64,000 bases of DNA, taken from NCBI GenBank assembly GCA_964016885.1, contig OZ024746.1, forward strand, positions 44,330,001 through 44,394,000, in the 5' to 3' direction. Source of the stretch: Eledone cirrhosa. Taxonomy: Eukaryota. A model generated the notes under the pieces. That model did not search any database. It was not told where the DNA came from and worked only from the letters and a program-made list of their open reading frames with translations. Of the stretch, positions 50,298 through 63,579 are shown in pieces. The position numbers were made by a program, and so were the translations under genes. Position 1 is the stretch's first letter, and every line of letters starts with the position of its first letter.

Positions 50298-51967
50298 TGT
50301 TACATATAATGTTATGTAAAATTCATTATATATTTTCATTCAGCTGCAATTAAATTTTATAGATTCTCTGTAATGCCAATTCTTTAAAATATAGCTCAAT
50401 TTAAAACAGAATTTCTTTTATATCTACCTTAGAACACACATAATCGCCGTTACTGTAAATATTATGTTCAAATTCTGTGTTTGCTTAGGGGTTAATTTAA
50501 ATGTCTCCGTGACACAGACCTATAAATGAGCATCATTCTTATTCCGAGAAGCTATTTTACAAAACATTCACACCGTAACGTTTGCTTACGTTCATCAAAT
50601 TACACTTCACCTATTATATAAATGATTGTCAGGGGGAAAAATCAAATTTAATAATGTACCTGCTAAAATTATGTTCAATAAGTCATGCTTTAATACCTCT
50701 GATCTACTATGATACCTTTAATAATATTAATATTTCTGTTTATGTGTAAATTGAATAAGCATATGCCACCTTTAAAGTGTCGACCAATAATCGTGTATAT
50801 GTGATATTACAACATTGGTTGTACAAAATTAGAAGTTACATTACCAGGCAACCCAAACTTTCCAGTTTGAATTAAATGTAAAACACTATGTACGAAACAC
50901 GTGATTGAATTCACCTGTTTGTTATAGATCACAGATATCAGGAGCAGACTAGTAAATAATTTTTAATGATTCTCATATTTGATCAATGAATCAACAACTT
51001 TAGGGTCGGAAGAAGATCAATGAATTATATTAGAAGACGCTTCAATAAGTATCCTACTGAAAATGGTCGAAATATTTCATAGCAATAAAAATAATACATT
51101 TATTTTCTTTTATCCGGATAACCCTCTATTTTATTTTGAATCGATATTCTTATTTAACGACTGGTCAAAATATCCTCTCTAGGCAAGACCCTTGATAACC
51201 TCATCTAATATCAATTGAAACCACGGAACCAACACAAATTTCTCCTATTGATTGCTTTATATCTCGAGTAATTATATATGGATTTTATTTATAATATATT
51301 TCTTGCATTATTAGTTAGCCAGCATAGATGAGACAGGCTTATGACTTATATTCGAATTAGAATACAAGAAATATGAAATATATTCTACGGCTGATGAGTG
51401 TTGACTAGCAGAATAAATTTGATCTAACGCCACTTTTAAATCAATGTAGGATTAATCGATATTGAATCACATAACATTTTGAAAATCAAACAAATGGCAC
51501 ATTTTGGCTACAGATATTAGTCTGTCGGTCTGTTAGATGTCATACAAGTGAAGCTGAAGTCCTGGAAAACATCATACAGATTTAATGATTCATGCCTTCG
51601 GCCAAAGCCTGGCTTGCGTTAATGATAGTTTGTTGGAAAGTCATAAAACAAAGTAGATTCAGCAGGAAGATAACAAATAAACCAAATAAATACATCAGTC
51701 GACTACAAAGTTCTATAATATTGTAGCCTCATTACAATAACAATATCTACAGAAATTTTAACAATTTGAAAGTCAATGTAACAGGACTGGGGTTAATGTT
51801 AGTCGAAAATCTTTTGAACACAATATACTTAAGCAAAGAGCAATAATATTTAATATATATATAAATTCTAATAGAAAAAAAAAACATGGTCTAAACATTT
51901 CATTGATTATGATGGCTTTTATTCTCAATTTAAAAGTATATTTAGTTTTAATGCTTATGGACCTTTT

Positions 51968-52018
<51 letters not shown>

Positions 52019-52068
52019 GTGTGGGTCTATGTGTGTTTGTGCGTATATATTAGATTTGTATAGTATAT

Positions 52069-52110
<42 letters not shown>

Positions 52111-52200
52111 TGAGTTGAGCAGAGAAGAAAATATTCTCACACACGTACAAACACGTACACAAACACACTCACTCACACACACACACGCGCACACACAGAC

Positions 52201-52290
<90 letters not shown>

Positions 52291-52602
52291 TAAATGCCAT
52301 CGATTTCAACAATGGATATTCGATCATTAGACCCAGTCATTACTTGCACTCTCTCACTCATTTATTTCTTTATATTTTCCATTTCCTCATTTTCTTATTA
52401 TTTTTTAATGTACCCTATCTTATTTTTAACTTTTTACTTTTTACATCTGTAACTTCCCTATCTATTTACCATACATGTCTTATTGATGTTATTGTTTTAA
52501 TTATACGCTATTTTATTATTGATGTTATTGTTTTGGTTTTATGCTGTTTTTCCTGTTTTTCTATAAAAGTCTTGCCTCGAGTGAATTATTTTCATATATA
52601 CA

Positions 52603-52711
52603 TACTCTGATGTGTTGACCAGTGGTAAACAATATATTGGAGATCGATTGACGTAACCTCAAGCGATTAGCGAACTCTAGACGCACCTGGTCAACGAAAC
52701 AATTGATAGTA
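52603..52711 (+). ncRNA. Degenerate HHR with long stem II insert
   Basis: UACU-CUGAUGU-GUUGACCAG..CUGGUCAAC-GAAA-CAAUUG-AU-AGUA; two core deviations. Confidence 0.5.
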
Positions 52712-52956
52712 CTTTAAATAAAGCCCTTATTGTATAGACAACCATGTTACTCCTCTTTCTTTAACTATATATATATATTTATATATAAAGGATTTATATC
52801 TAGTAACATATATATACACACAGATGCATATCAATGCTAGCAAATATATAGGTTTTGTCTTAGTAACATTGTGGTTCAATGCATGGGGTTGCAGAACAAT
52901 AATATGAGAAACGTAAAATAAGAAAATTATAAAATTAACTTACTTACTAAAATATC

Positions 52957-53038
52957 ACTTCCAACTAATTAGTTTCTGGAATGGAGTAAATATATTTTCC
53001 GAAAAAGATATTGAAAAGCATTCCATCGTCAGGGAAGT
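52957..53038 (-). ncRNA. Type I HHR with canonical core
   Basis: ACUUCC-CUGACGA-UGGAAUG..CAUUCCA-GAAA-CUAAUUAG-UU-GGAAGU. Confidence 0.85.
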
Positions 53039-53477
53039 CTATTTTCATCCAAGTTACCAGGCAAGGCGAGGACTCCGGAAACTTATTAAAAATAATTCAG
53101 TGGATAGGAAATAGCAAAGCGTGGACTGAATTCCGAGCCATTGAGAAAATCACTGCCTCTACGTCTGTGGCAAATTCAAAAAGAATCAATCACGTGACAT
53201 CGAGGTCAATCAGTGGAAAGTGGTTTGCTAATAAGACAGCGGCCTGCCTACTACTATAGCAGCAGTCATGGCCAATATTGCTCGACAAATAATTTGGAGA
53301 TAATTATAAAGGATTTATATCTAGTAACATATATATACATACAGATGCATATCAATGCTAGCAAATATATAGGTTTTGTTTTAGTAACATTGTGGTTCAA
53401 TGCATGGGGTTGCAGAACAATAATATGAGAAACGTAAAATAAGAAAATTATAAAATTAACTTACTTACTAAAATATC

Positions 53478-53559
53478 ACTTCCAACTAATTAGTCTCTGG
53501 AATGGAGTAAATATATTTTCCGAAGAAGATATAGAAAAGCATTCCGTCGTCAGGGAAGT
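53478..53559 (-). ncRNA. Second HHR copy (GAAA changed to GAGA)
   Basis: Same fold as 52957-53038 with one core mutation. Confidence 0.7.
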
Positions 53560-53672
53560 CTATTTTCATCCAAGTTACCAGGCAAGGCGAGGACTCCGGA
53601 AACTTATTAAAAATAATTCAGTGGATAGTAAGTAAGTTAATTTTATAATTTTCTTATTTTACGTTTCTCATA

Positions 53673-53753
<81 letters not shown>

Positions 53754-54198
53754 AGGGGCGTGTTTATGTATACATTACAGAAATAGGGAGCGTCTGTGAC
53801 TTCAAAGTTTGGCAGAAAACAGTTAGTCAATCGGGTCGTTCTCGGTCACATTCTCACTTCATATCTGTATAATGAAATAGACGCACTCTACTCTTATATA
53901 AAGCGATCTGTTGTTTTTAATTTAGTTTAAAAACGCTAACTGTAGATATAAGCGCTGATAGAGTTTGAAATTGTAAAATATGAGTGTCTCCATTGTCGAA
54001 ACGGAACCAAATCAAGCAGTAAAACAACAATTTTACCTGCAGCATTTAACAACTGAAGCAGAAACTGCCGAACTGAATAAGTTTTACTCCATTTGAATGT
54101 CCCGACCTCCTGTGGGTCGAGTTGAACGTGCAATGCTTGTGAGATATTTATATTTTAACAAGCAATTTTGTTTTTGAAACGGCGAGTGAGTTTGAAAT

Positions 54199-54407
54199 TA
54201 GAAATATAAGCTTTCGCCGTATTTCTTATACTAAAGAGATATTAGTCTGACTGTGGGGTTTAGAACACTCTAAGAAATGGTAAAAGATGAGTATTCCCGT
54301 ACATGTACGTCAATACTCATCCTTTTCCATTTCTTAAAGGGATCTAAACCCCACTATCAGACTAACATTTCTTTAGTCAAAACATATGGCGAAAACCTCT
54401 ATTTCTA
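54199..54407. repeat. ~210-bp imperfect foldback
   Basis: TTAGTCTGA..GTGGGGTTTAGA..AAGAAATGG..GATGAGTATT mirrored by AATACTCATC..CCATTTCTT..TCTAAACCCCAC..TCAGACTAA. Confidence 0.8.
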
Positions 54408-54539
54408 CTTTATATTTTAATTAGTGTTAGGTTGCAGATAATTACATGGTGATCAGTTGACAGCTCAAACTATCGCTTAACACAAACATCCGACAGGAAA
54501 TCGAAGATATCTCAGACAATAGAAATCTCAATTACTGAC

Positions 54540-55190
54540 CTCTGTCCCCGTTTTCCCTTGTAGAATGTATGCTAATGGGTGTCTTAGTGCTGAAAGGTGG
54601 TGTTCATAACAGAGAATTCATAGTTGGAACAGAAATCTAAAAAGGCCTCTATGTTCACATCTTGATATGAAACACCGTTCCTTAAAATCAACTTTCCATG
54701 TCAAATGATCAGTGCCAACATGTGCTTTGAAGTCCTCCATTAGGATAAATCACACAGTCTTAACTACACCTAACACTTCAGTAACTACATGAAAGAATGA
54801 TATATATTAGATTTCTCTGTTTATTGTATACTTAAGCACAATTCTCGGAGACCATTCAGTCCTCACTTCAAGAGTCAAATCCTCCATCGTAGTGGTATCC
54901 AGTCCATAACACATTCCGATAGCTGGGTACTTGTGAGTACCCCCAGTCCAGCCTGTTCAGTTATTTCTGTCACCACACATGAACAGTGGAGCTTCCTTCC
55001 ACAATCCAAATATACGACACCAGAGCCACAGAACTTCGTTGAGAAAACACCGACCATAACTAGCCGGTAACATCTAACCTCCTCCATTAGTTCTTGCTTC
55101 TTGCCTATAAGGGTTGTCATTTTCAGTTGCCAATGTTTCACGTTTTCTCCTGTATTGACCCCTTTCGGGTCTCTTTTTGCGTCCACCCCA
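54540..55190 (-). pseudogene. RTE-like AP endonuclease fragment
   Basis: MTTLIGKKQELMEEVRCYRLVMVGVFSTKFCGSG..QAGLGVL. Confidence 0.6.
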
Positions 55191-56034
55191 TTCTTAAGAC
55201 ATTAGATTGAGACCGCATTATATTGAAAACACTTAAACCAATTAATAACGTACAATACTATAGAACACTTTAATATGTCTTAGGCTGTTGCAGCAATCTA
55301 TCAGAATTACTGTTAAATTATTCATTAATATGAAATATTATTGCGCACAAGAACCTTCATCGACTTATTCAATATAGATGATAATGTTTTTATCTATTAT
55401 GCTGTTATACGTAACAATATTTCCTGAAGCTAAATGTTTACTTTTTACTGGGAAATATCTCATACAAAATTACTCCTTTCGTTTCACTAACCTTTTTTTT
55501 TCAGCCATGACATTTAGATTTATATTGGGCGAGCTCTGAGTTAGAAAGCACAATAAGAGAGGCGAAATGTCAGTCACAGTTGAAACAACACAACAAATAA
55601 ATTAATTTAGAGCAGCAACATACAATGCTAAGGTATTGAAACATATTTAATATGTATGATGACCATGTTTCTCATTCAATAAACTCAACAGACCTTAGTT
55701 CAGAGTATCAACTTAAATGAATTTTGCTTTTGTCTAGGTCTTTTGGACTATGAAACAATAATGTTAGGAAAATATAACTTTTTCTATCTTAAAGCATGTA
55801 TTATTTCCTGAATATTATTTGTATTATATATGTGTACAAAAACTACATGTTTCTCAAATGATATATAACTCTTTATCTCTTTCTAAATATATCTTTTAAA
55901 TTTTGTATTATATATATGACCAATGAGAATTAAGATTATTCCTGCTGACAACATTAAATTATCCCTAACAAGCTCATATGTCCCAAGGCTCTGATAACAT
56001 CAACACCAGAGCTGGCATATCTAAGAACTGACTA

Positions 56035-56090
56035 ACTGCCTGATGAGGTCATAGCCATTCACTGGCTATCATCGAAATATATATAGCAGT
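56035..56090 (+). ncRNA. Minimal type I HHR
   Basis: ACUGC-CUGAUGA-GGUC AUAGCCA UUCAC UGGCUAU CAUC-GAAA-UAUAUA-UA-GCAGU. Confidence 0.85.
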
Positions 56091-56385
56091 AAATAAAAGA
56101 TTATGAGTTCATGCAATTGACTTATGTTTCGTCACTATATATATATATATATTCAGGTTTGAGGTTCACCACTGTATAGAGCTGGTCTATTCTGTATGGT
56201 CAATCGTAATGCAATACTATAGAGAGTACTCAACGTAAGGCAGTTCAACCGTCTTTGTTTTTGTAGTTGGTGGTGCTATTACGGAGTTAAATATTATAAT
56301 GAAATGTCAGGAGGCTGGATTTGTGTAAGTCCTCCATTTTCAGCCCCATGGATTTTATCTATTACATTCACGTATTATATTTCGA

Positions 56386-56443
56386 ATACCTGATGATATC
56401 ACCGGATTCATACGGAACCCGGTCATTGAAATGATCATAGTAT
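56386..56443 (+). ncRNA. Minimal type I HHR inside ~40-bp inverted repeats (56291-56333 and 56457-56497)
   Basis: AUAC-CUGAUGA-UAUC ACCGG..CCGGU CAUU-GAAA-UGAUCA-UA-GUAU. Confidence 0.75.
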
Positions 56444-56491
56444 AATAAACCTTTCAAGGATTTACACAAATCCAGCCTCCTGTCATTTCAT

Positions 56492-56531
<40 letters not shown>

Positions 56532-56685
56532 AGTATATGTTGATTGTTTACCGACACCTCAGTATGCAGATTGGAGCACTCGACGAAGTACGCAGGTTGG
56601 TTTGTTTACTCCGGAGTAATGTAAAATAAAATAAAATAAGTCAAATATGTAAAATTTGGCTTCGTTTATAATAAATTATAAATTT

Positions 56686-56740
56686 ACTGCTATATATATT
56701 TCGGTGACAGCTATTATTGGCTGTGACCTCTTCGGGCAGT
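56686..56740 (-). ncRNA. HHR of the 44487 family (U4C) within element 56530-56860
   Basis: ACUGC-CCGAAGA-GGUCACAGCC..CUGUCACC-GAAA-UAUAUA-UA-GCAGU. Confidence 0.65.
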
Positions 56741-56960
56741 TCGAATTGGTGTGGAAAAGACAGGTACACATGTTGTTGAAGTGTGTTTCACTCTGTCAAT
56801 ACATCGAGATGTCCAGCTCCTGGGTGTGTTGTTAGTCCTTCGAGGAACTGGAATCATATGTGCTAGAACAAACGAATTTCAACGTCATAGGATTATTTTA
56901 TTATATATATATATATATAATAAAATGTGGATAGGAGGCACACGAGTTAGGATATGTATA

Positions 56961-57715
56961 TATATGAAAACAGGGAGAAAGAGACGATTATAAGGAAGAA
57001 AAATAGTTTCTTTTCCTTTTTTTGTCTCTCTCTCTTTTTTCTGGGTTAGAAAATGATTAAAACGAAATGTTTTGCTTTCTGTGAAGTGTTAAGGTATTAG
57101 TTGATTTATTTATTATTTAACAATGGCATTTATTTATCTATTTATATATTTAATTATTGAATTAAATATATAAATAGAATTGCTTACCCCTGCATATTAA
57201 CTCTCTAAAAAGGGAAATCATATCAAACCACAGTCAACCATTTGCCTCCTTCACGGAACCATGGTTCAACTAAGCACTCTTGCGATATTAACACATTTTG
57301 AACTGCTTAACTTCAATGACTGTGCTTGTAAATAACTTTTCTTCCACATTGACTTTTATGTTCCACATTATGCACGTTTTTTTTTCCTTTTTCTTTTTTC
57401 TTTTCACTTCTTAAACCTTGTTTGTATATAACATTATTCTTTCTGCACCTTCTGTTTAACATGTGCGACACCACACTAATACATTTCACTATTATTTGAT
57501 AATGCGTATAAATGCAGAAACCGGTAATAGACAATAATTAAATATATAAATATATAAATAAATGCCATTGTTAAATAATAAATAAATCAACTAATACCTT
57601 AACACTTCACACAAAGTACATTTCGTTTTAATCATTTTCTAACCCAGAAGAGAGAGAGAGACAAAAAAAGGAAAAACAAAATTTTTCTTCCTCATAATCG
57701 TCTCTTTCTCCCTGT

Positions 57716-57724
<9 letters not shown>
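56961..57724. repeat. ~200-bp inverted repeats around a 370-bp spacer (PLE-like truncated end)
   Basis: 56961-57159 is the reverse complement of 57532-57724; bounded by TA tracts. Confidence 0.8.
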
Positions 57725-57797
<73 letters not shown>

Positions 57798-58011
57798 AAG
57801 TTAAATAAAAAGTCAAATAATTAAAATTTAGCTTCGTTTATTACTGCTATATATATTTCAGTGACAGCCATCAGTGTTGTTATTGTTGGAGTTAGCTATG
57901 TTGGAGTTAGCTATGTGTATATACATATTTATATATATATATATATATATACTCTGCAATGTATTGAGTACCTTACTTACTGTGGTTACCTCCGATTCAA
58001 CCCGGAATAAC

Positions 58012-58076
<65 letters not shown>

Positions 58077-58500
58077 TGTATATGTAATATACATATATAT
58101 ATATACAAAACCTGTGTATTTGCTGGCATGGACGTGCATCTGTGCGCCTATGTTAGTTGATATATTAAATTATCTATATATATATATACATATATATATA
58201 TACATATATATATTTGTTAAAATAACAGATTAAAGTTTCTTTAACACCTTGTCCCTTCTACCATTTTATCAATTTTTTAAGCTAACTCCAACAATAACAA
58301 CACTTAGAATGAGGAATGTTCTAATAACTGACCAATGAGAGGAGAAGAGGACCTTTGACACTGAAATTTGTTTGTTTGAATTCATATGATTCCAGTTCCT
58401 CAGTGAAATAACAACCCAACCAGGAACTGGGCATATCAGAGTATTGACAATATTATACACCTCAACAACATATGTACTTGTCTATACCATACTAATTCAA

Positions 58501-58555
58501 ACTGCCTGAAGAGGTCACAGCCAAAGATGGCTGTCACTGAAATAGATATAGCAGT
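58501..58555 (+). ncRNA. Minimal type I HHR (44487 family) within element ~58215-58700; truncated inverted copy at 57795-57872
   Basis: ACUGC-CUGAAGA-..-GAAA-UAGAUA-UA-GCAGU. Confidence 0.8.
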
Positions 58556-58698
58556 AATAAACGAAGCTAAATTTTAATCATTTGACTTTTTATTTAACTT
58601 TATTTTACACTACTCCGGAGTAACCAAACCAACCTGCGCACTTCGTCGAGTGCTCCAGCCTGCATACTGAGGTGTTGGTATACAACCAACATAAACTC

Positions 58699-58835
<137 letters not shown>

Positions 58836-59270
58836 TTTTAATATAGAAGAGCTTCTACAGGACTAGAACTGTTTCATTCGTGAGAAATCATCAGGGAGCT
58901 GGCTGTCCAAGTAAGTAGTGGTATTTATATCTTTTCTTTTCTGGTGGTAGGAGAGGGTGTGGATTGGGATGGGTGGAGGTCATTGGTTGAAGGGTTTAAA
59001 GAAAAGGGAGTTCATTAAAAGCTAATTCTTTAAAGCTATAGTATTAATAAAGGCAGGAAGAATACTGTAAACAAATTCAAGTTTGGAATACCAATCCTAG
59101 TTTATCACTTAGACTAACAATGCCTTACAGGCAGCTCCCTGATGATTTCTCACGAATGAAACAGTTCGAGTCCTGTAGAAGCTCTTCTATATTAAAACCT
59201 TTATACTCTGCTATGTATTGAGTACCTTACTTACTGTGGTTACCCCCGATTCAACCAGGAATAACTTATA
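58836..59270. mobile_element. Short element with ~70-bp inverted arms, each carrying an outward-facing HHR (58850-58900 minus; 59133-59183 plus)
   Basis: AGCUCC-CUGAUGA-UUUC UCAC GAAU-GAAA-CAG..CUG-UA-GAAGCU; arms 58836-58906 and 59127-59197. Confidence 0.75.
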
Positions 59271-59290
59271 TATACGTATATATATATATG

Positions 59291-59544
59291 TAAATTACAC
59301 AATAATCAAAGCTATGTTCAAACATTTTATTGCTGACAATCGTTTCTTCCAAACTATCGTTTGGTATAATCGGAGCATTAGCAATGTTTGTACATATAAT
59401 TAACCTCCTATTTAACTGTTAAATAGGAGGTTAATTATATGTACAAACATTGCTAATGCTTCGATGATTCCAAACGATAGTTTGAAAGAAACGATTGTCA
59501 GCAATAAAATGATTTGAATATAGCTTTGATTATTGTGTAATTTA
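59291..59544. repeat. ~254-bp near-perfect spacerless palindrome
   Basis: Centre CCTCCTATTTAAC-T-GTTAAATAGGAGG at about 59417. Confidence 0.9.
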
Positions 59545-59690
59545 TATTTCGGCTCTGTAAAACATCTCATGTATTTACATTGAGCTATTTTTCTTACTGA
59601 TAATAAGGTAGTAATTAATTACTGACCTTTCCTATTTATAGTTGTATATAGTGTATACATAACTATAAATAATATTATTATTATTATATA

Positions 59691-59780
<90 letters not shown>

Positions 59781-59822
59781 AGAGTAGTTAAGGCGGGATT
59801 ATTTCACGATAATTGCTTTATT

Positions 59823-59873
59823 GCATGATATATATTTCTCTTACATGATTGTGTATGTGACATCATCAGATTC
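59823..59873 (-). ncRNA. Degenerate minimal HHR
   Basis: CUGAUGA..ACAU/AUGU..GAAA-UAUAUA-UC followed by AAUAAA; stems partly eroded. Confidence 0.45.
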
Positions 59874-60316
59874 TTACGCAATCATAAGTAGTTATGCAAT
59901 CGTTGGGATATGCTTCCCGTCCTGTTGTGATGGCGCAGACATATGAAAATCTTTACTCATTCAAGTTCCAGTAGTAGATGTATCAGCCTTCTGATTGGTT
60001 AATTTCGTAGGACCTGGGTAAAGTTCCAATACTTAATTGTTGACAGATTTACAACTACATCTCAGCATGTGGTTCATTACTTCCTCTGCAATCGTTAGCT
60101 CTTTGCTGTTGGGCAGATCGACATAGGCACCAATATGTCTAGCATAGAAAGCATTATTTGCGGCTTGCTTTTAAGATGGCAGTCTCGCGCTGTTGTATCC
60201 AATAGCAGCAGCAACAACAACAAAAATAACAACACCATTTACAATAATGAAGACAGTGATGGTGATGCTAGAAATACTACATTATAATCAAACATTGAAC
60301 AGACACACACACACAC

Positions 60317-60349
<33 letters not shown>

Positions 60350-60949
60350 TATACATACATATATATATCCACACAAAAATATAAGGAAATGGTAACACAA
60401 ATACATACGATGACTTTACCTATAAAATTAATAACAAAAATATTGAAACTTTGTACAGAAATACAGTGTTTAGCTAAATATAAAAAGCACATAATACTTT
60501 TCACCCGACCGGCTGCCAAAGCCGGTTAGTCACATACAAAAGTGTAGCTCGTAAGGACAGTGAAAACTGGGATTTTGCAATTGATATAAAACAGAGCAAA
60601 TGACTTAATTTACACATTATGGCCTTTAATCGTAGTTTGAATCCTTAATGATCTGGCTAGTTGTGATTCATACATTAAATAGATCTCTGCTTGAATAACG
60701 AAAAGAAGACCTAGAATAATATCAGAGACATCATAAGAACAACAACATGAAGCCATTAAATATATGAATAATGGACATGATCCGAATGAAAATATTGTCA
60801 AATGTTACAAACATTCGAGGCGTGAACTAGAATATATTACATGCTGGTATGATTCCATTGCATAGCTTTTTCACGTTCAGGGTTGGCTGTAGAGAGTACT
60901 TGACGTCAAAAACAAATACACAATTGTTATAGAGATTAATCAATCAACA

Positions 60950-61600
60950 CCGCCATAAACCAGTTCAGAATCAAAGATGGTGCATATGAATATACACAAA
61001 ATCTTGTGAAATCTTTTCCCCAATAAGGCGCTTAAATATCATATAAGCATGTTTACAATATTTATGAGTGGTGCGTGTTGTTCCCGAAATAAACCAAATA
61101 GTTGATGAGTGATATAAAAATGTATCTATTGATTAATTTCCATGGTGACGATTGCCATACTTTCTAAATTTAATAATCGACGATCTTCTATATGGCAACC
61201 ATACTTTAAACAATTTAGACAGAGCTTATTTCAGTTAAATGAGACAAGAGCTGATCAAATAACGAACAATTCATTTGTCCACTTCAATTCAATTATCAGT
61301 GTATATATGAAAGGATTATTCTTTCTTTCAGTTTCAGTCTACTTGCGCGTTTGAATAAAATGTACAAGCTTGGGTTAATCTCAAATCGTAGGGGTTATAA
61401 TTGCAGAAATATCTCTCGGTTCGGTATTTCTGGAGTTGCTCAGCTGGGGATGAGCGTTCACTGCGATAAAATGTTGATCTATATGGTGATACAATCAAGC
61501 CAGGGACCATTCTTAGGATGACGGAAACGGCGAGGTTGTCAGCTGAAAACAAGGATTATCACTATCAAGATGAATCTTCAGCTAATATCTAATATTCGTC
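60950..61600 (-). pseudogene. Possible ancient LINE RT remnant
   Basis: Weak resemblance to K.PG.D.I and DF.KAFD.V.H.KL motifs across frames. Confidence 0.25.
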
Positions 61601-63579
61601 TATAAGGTGTGTGCCGTAAGTTTCGCGAATGACTGAAAATATCCATGTCGGACGTCTGTTTCGAAGGTCTGTATAGGTGATGCTGCGAATTCATGGGTTG
61701 GAACCAGCTCAAACCACCCTCGGTGAACGCTAACACTTATACAAGTAATTATAGTCACAGATAAGGAGACTAAGCTATTTGCAGTTTATGTGTCTCGGCA
61801 GTACCATTATAGTGCATGATCTACTGACATGGTAGTTTACTATGCAAACGAAACTCTGTGATACTATGGGAGGCGTTTACGCAACTTACATTCCTCACTG
61901 TATGACTAATCATATGAACACTATATTTTCTTTTGTGAAGTGGCATAGTTAAATTTCGATTTCCTGGCCAGGCTGTGTGTTGATTCTTTTAGCATGACAC
62001 ATTATTTCACGTTACTACATTCCACTCGGTTGGAAAGAATGAATTACGACGACACAGATACCAAGCTGAATCGGTATTTGCAATTCCCTCAGACAACATC
62101 GGTGGTGAGAGGCGACTATCATATTTGGATAGTTGTTCTTCTTCACAAAACATATTACCCAGGTTAGGGTCATGGCAGAGGAAACTTCTAGTTGCAAAAG
62201 ACACACCACAGATTTATTTATGTTGACCTGACATAATTATTCTCCTTTATTCAATTTTGAACTAGTATTTAGCAGGTAGTAACTTGCAATCTAGATATAA
62301 AAAGAATGCGAAGGTTGCTCAGTTAATGACAAAGTTAATAAGAAAGTGAAGAGAAAATTTAGAGTGAGAGATGTCAGATAAGGGATGAAAAAGTGAGATA
62401 GTAGCTAGGGAGAAGGAGATAGAGAGAGGGGGGGGGGAGAAGAGGGGGAAATTTTGTGTCTGGAAGGAATTGTTGGTTTCTAGAGGAAACCTATAAGGAA
62501 TGATAAGCGAGGAAAGTACACGAGATGATAGAGCATGATAAACTGGAAGTTGTATATAATTGAAATTGAGTTATCAGATTAGTTTATGTTGATAATTACC
62601 GTTGAGAGTGTTGTACGATTCTATGGATGGGGAAAATAATCAATATATGGACATATATATTATAGTGCTATAAAATTAGCTGTCACTGTCTGTAGAATTG
62701 TACGTGTGAAATGTTGCCCGGTGGCGCAAAGACTAATATAATGTGACATTAAGTATAGAAGAGCAACATAATGATGTAAGTTATACTGGTCAAACATTAT
62801 TCGTAACATTTTCTATATGTAGCTTTTCAACTCAAAATGCAGGTTTAATTAAACTATACTCCGTTGATAGTGGCTACATACTACATCGAAACAAACCGTA
62901 TATACTCGAATATATGTCGAGGGATATGTGACCAAAAATTTGATGGTAAAATGGGGCAAGTGTTGACTGATATACGCCATCTAAACAATGTGTTGATTAG
63001 CTGTCTGGGCTTATAAATGGGGTTTTGAGTTTTACCCATTCCTCAGACACAAAATAGGGGGTCAAACAAAGATCAAGGTTTCTCCATTAAGCATGTACAT
63101 TACGTTTGAGAGATTAAGTATTGTTTAAATTGAAATTATCTCCCTTTTGGGGGGATTATTATCGCCAGGCTTCTCCAACTAGAAGAGAAGTTTCAACTAA
63201 TTAAGACATTTTCGAACGACATTCAATGTTTCCTCAGTTAAGGTATGTTACGAAAAGTCTGGAAGTAGTTTACTTGGCGTTTAAACAATCGACACACCTC
63301 TACGCTCGACTTCTTTGTAATAATGCTGCATTTCCATTGACATATAGATGAGACCACTATTATACAATGGATTCTGAGGATCATGATAAGCTTATATTGT
63401 ACGATCTGTGTTTCAGTTAACAATTGTTTATTCGGTCTATTTCATATAAAACTAATTTCAGGAGCGGTGGACCTGGGGAACACTGGCCCCTAATAATTAT
63501 ATATTTTCTCCCCAAACTACCAAAACACACATCTATTTGTATATGCGCTACAATTTATGTATATGTTATGTAGAGACAG

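Larger units (their letters stand above)
52784..53672 (-). mobile_element. Non-coding partial tandem (521-bp period) with an HHR in each repeat and a short inverted end; PLE-derived or retrozyme-like
   Basis: 52784-53107 matches 53305-53628; 53626-53672 is an inverted copy of about 52903-52949; TA-rich flanks. Confidence 0.75.
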
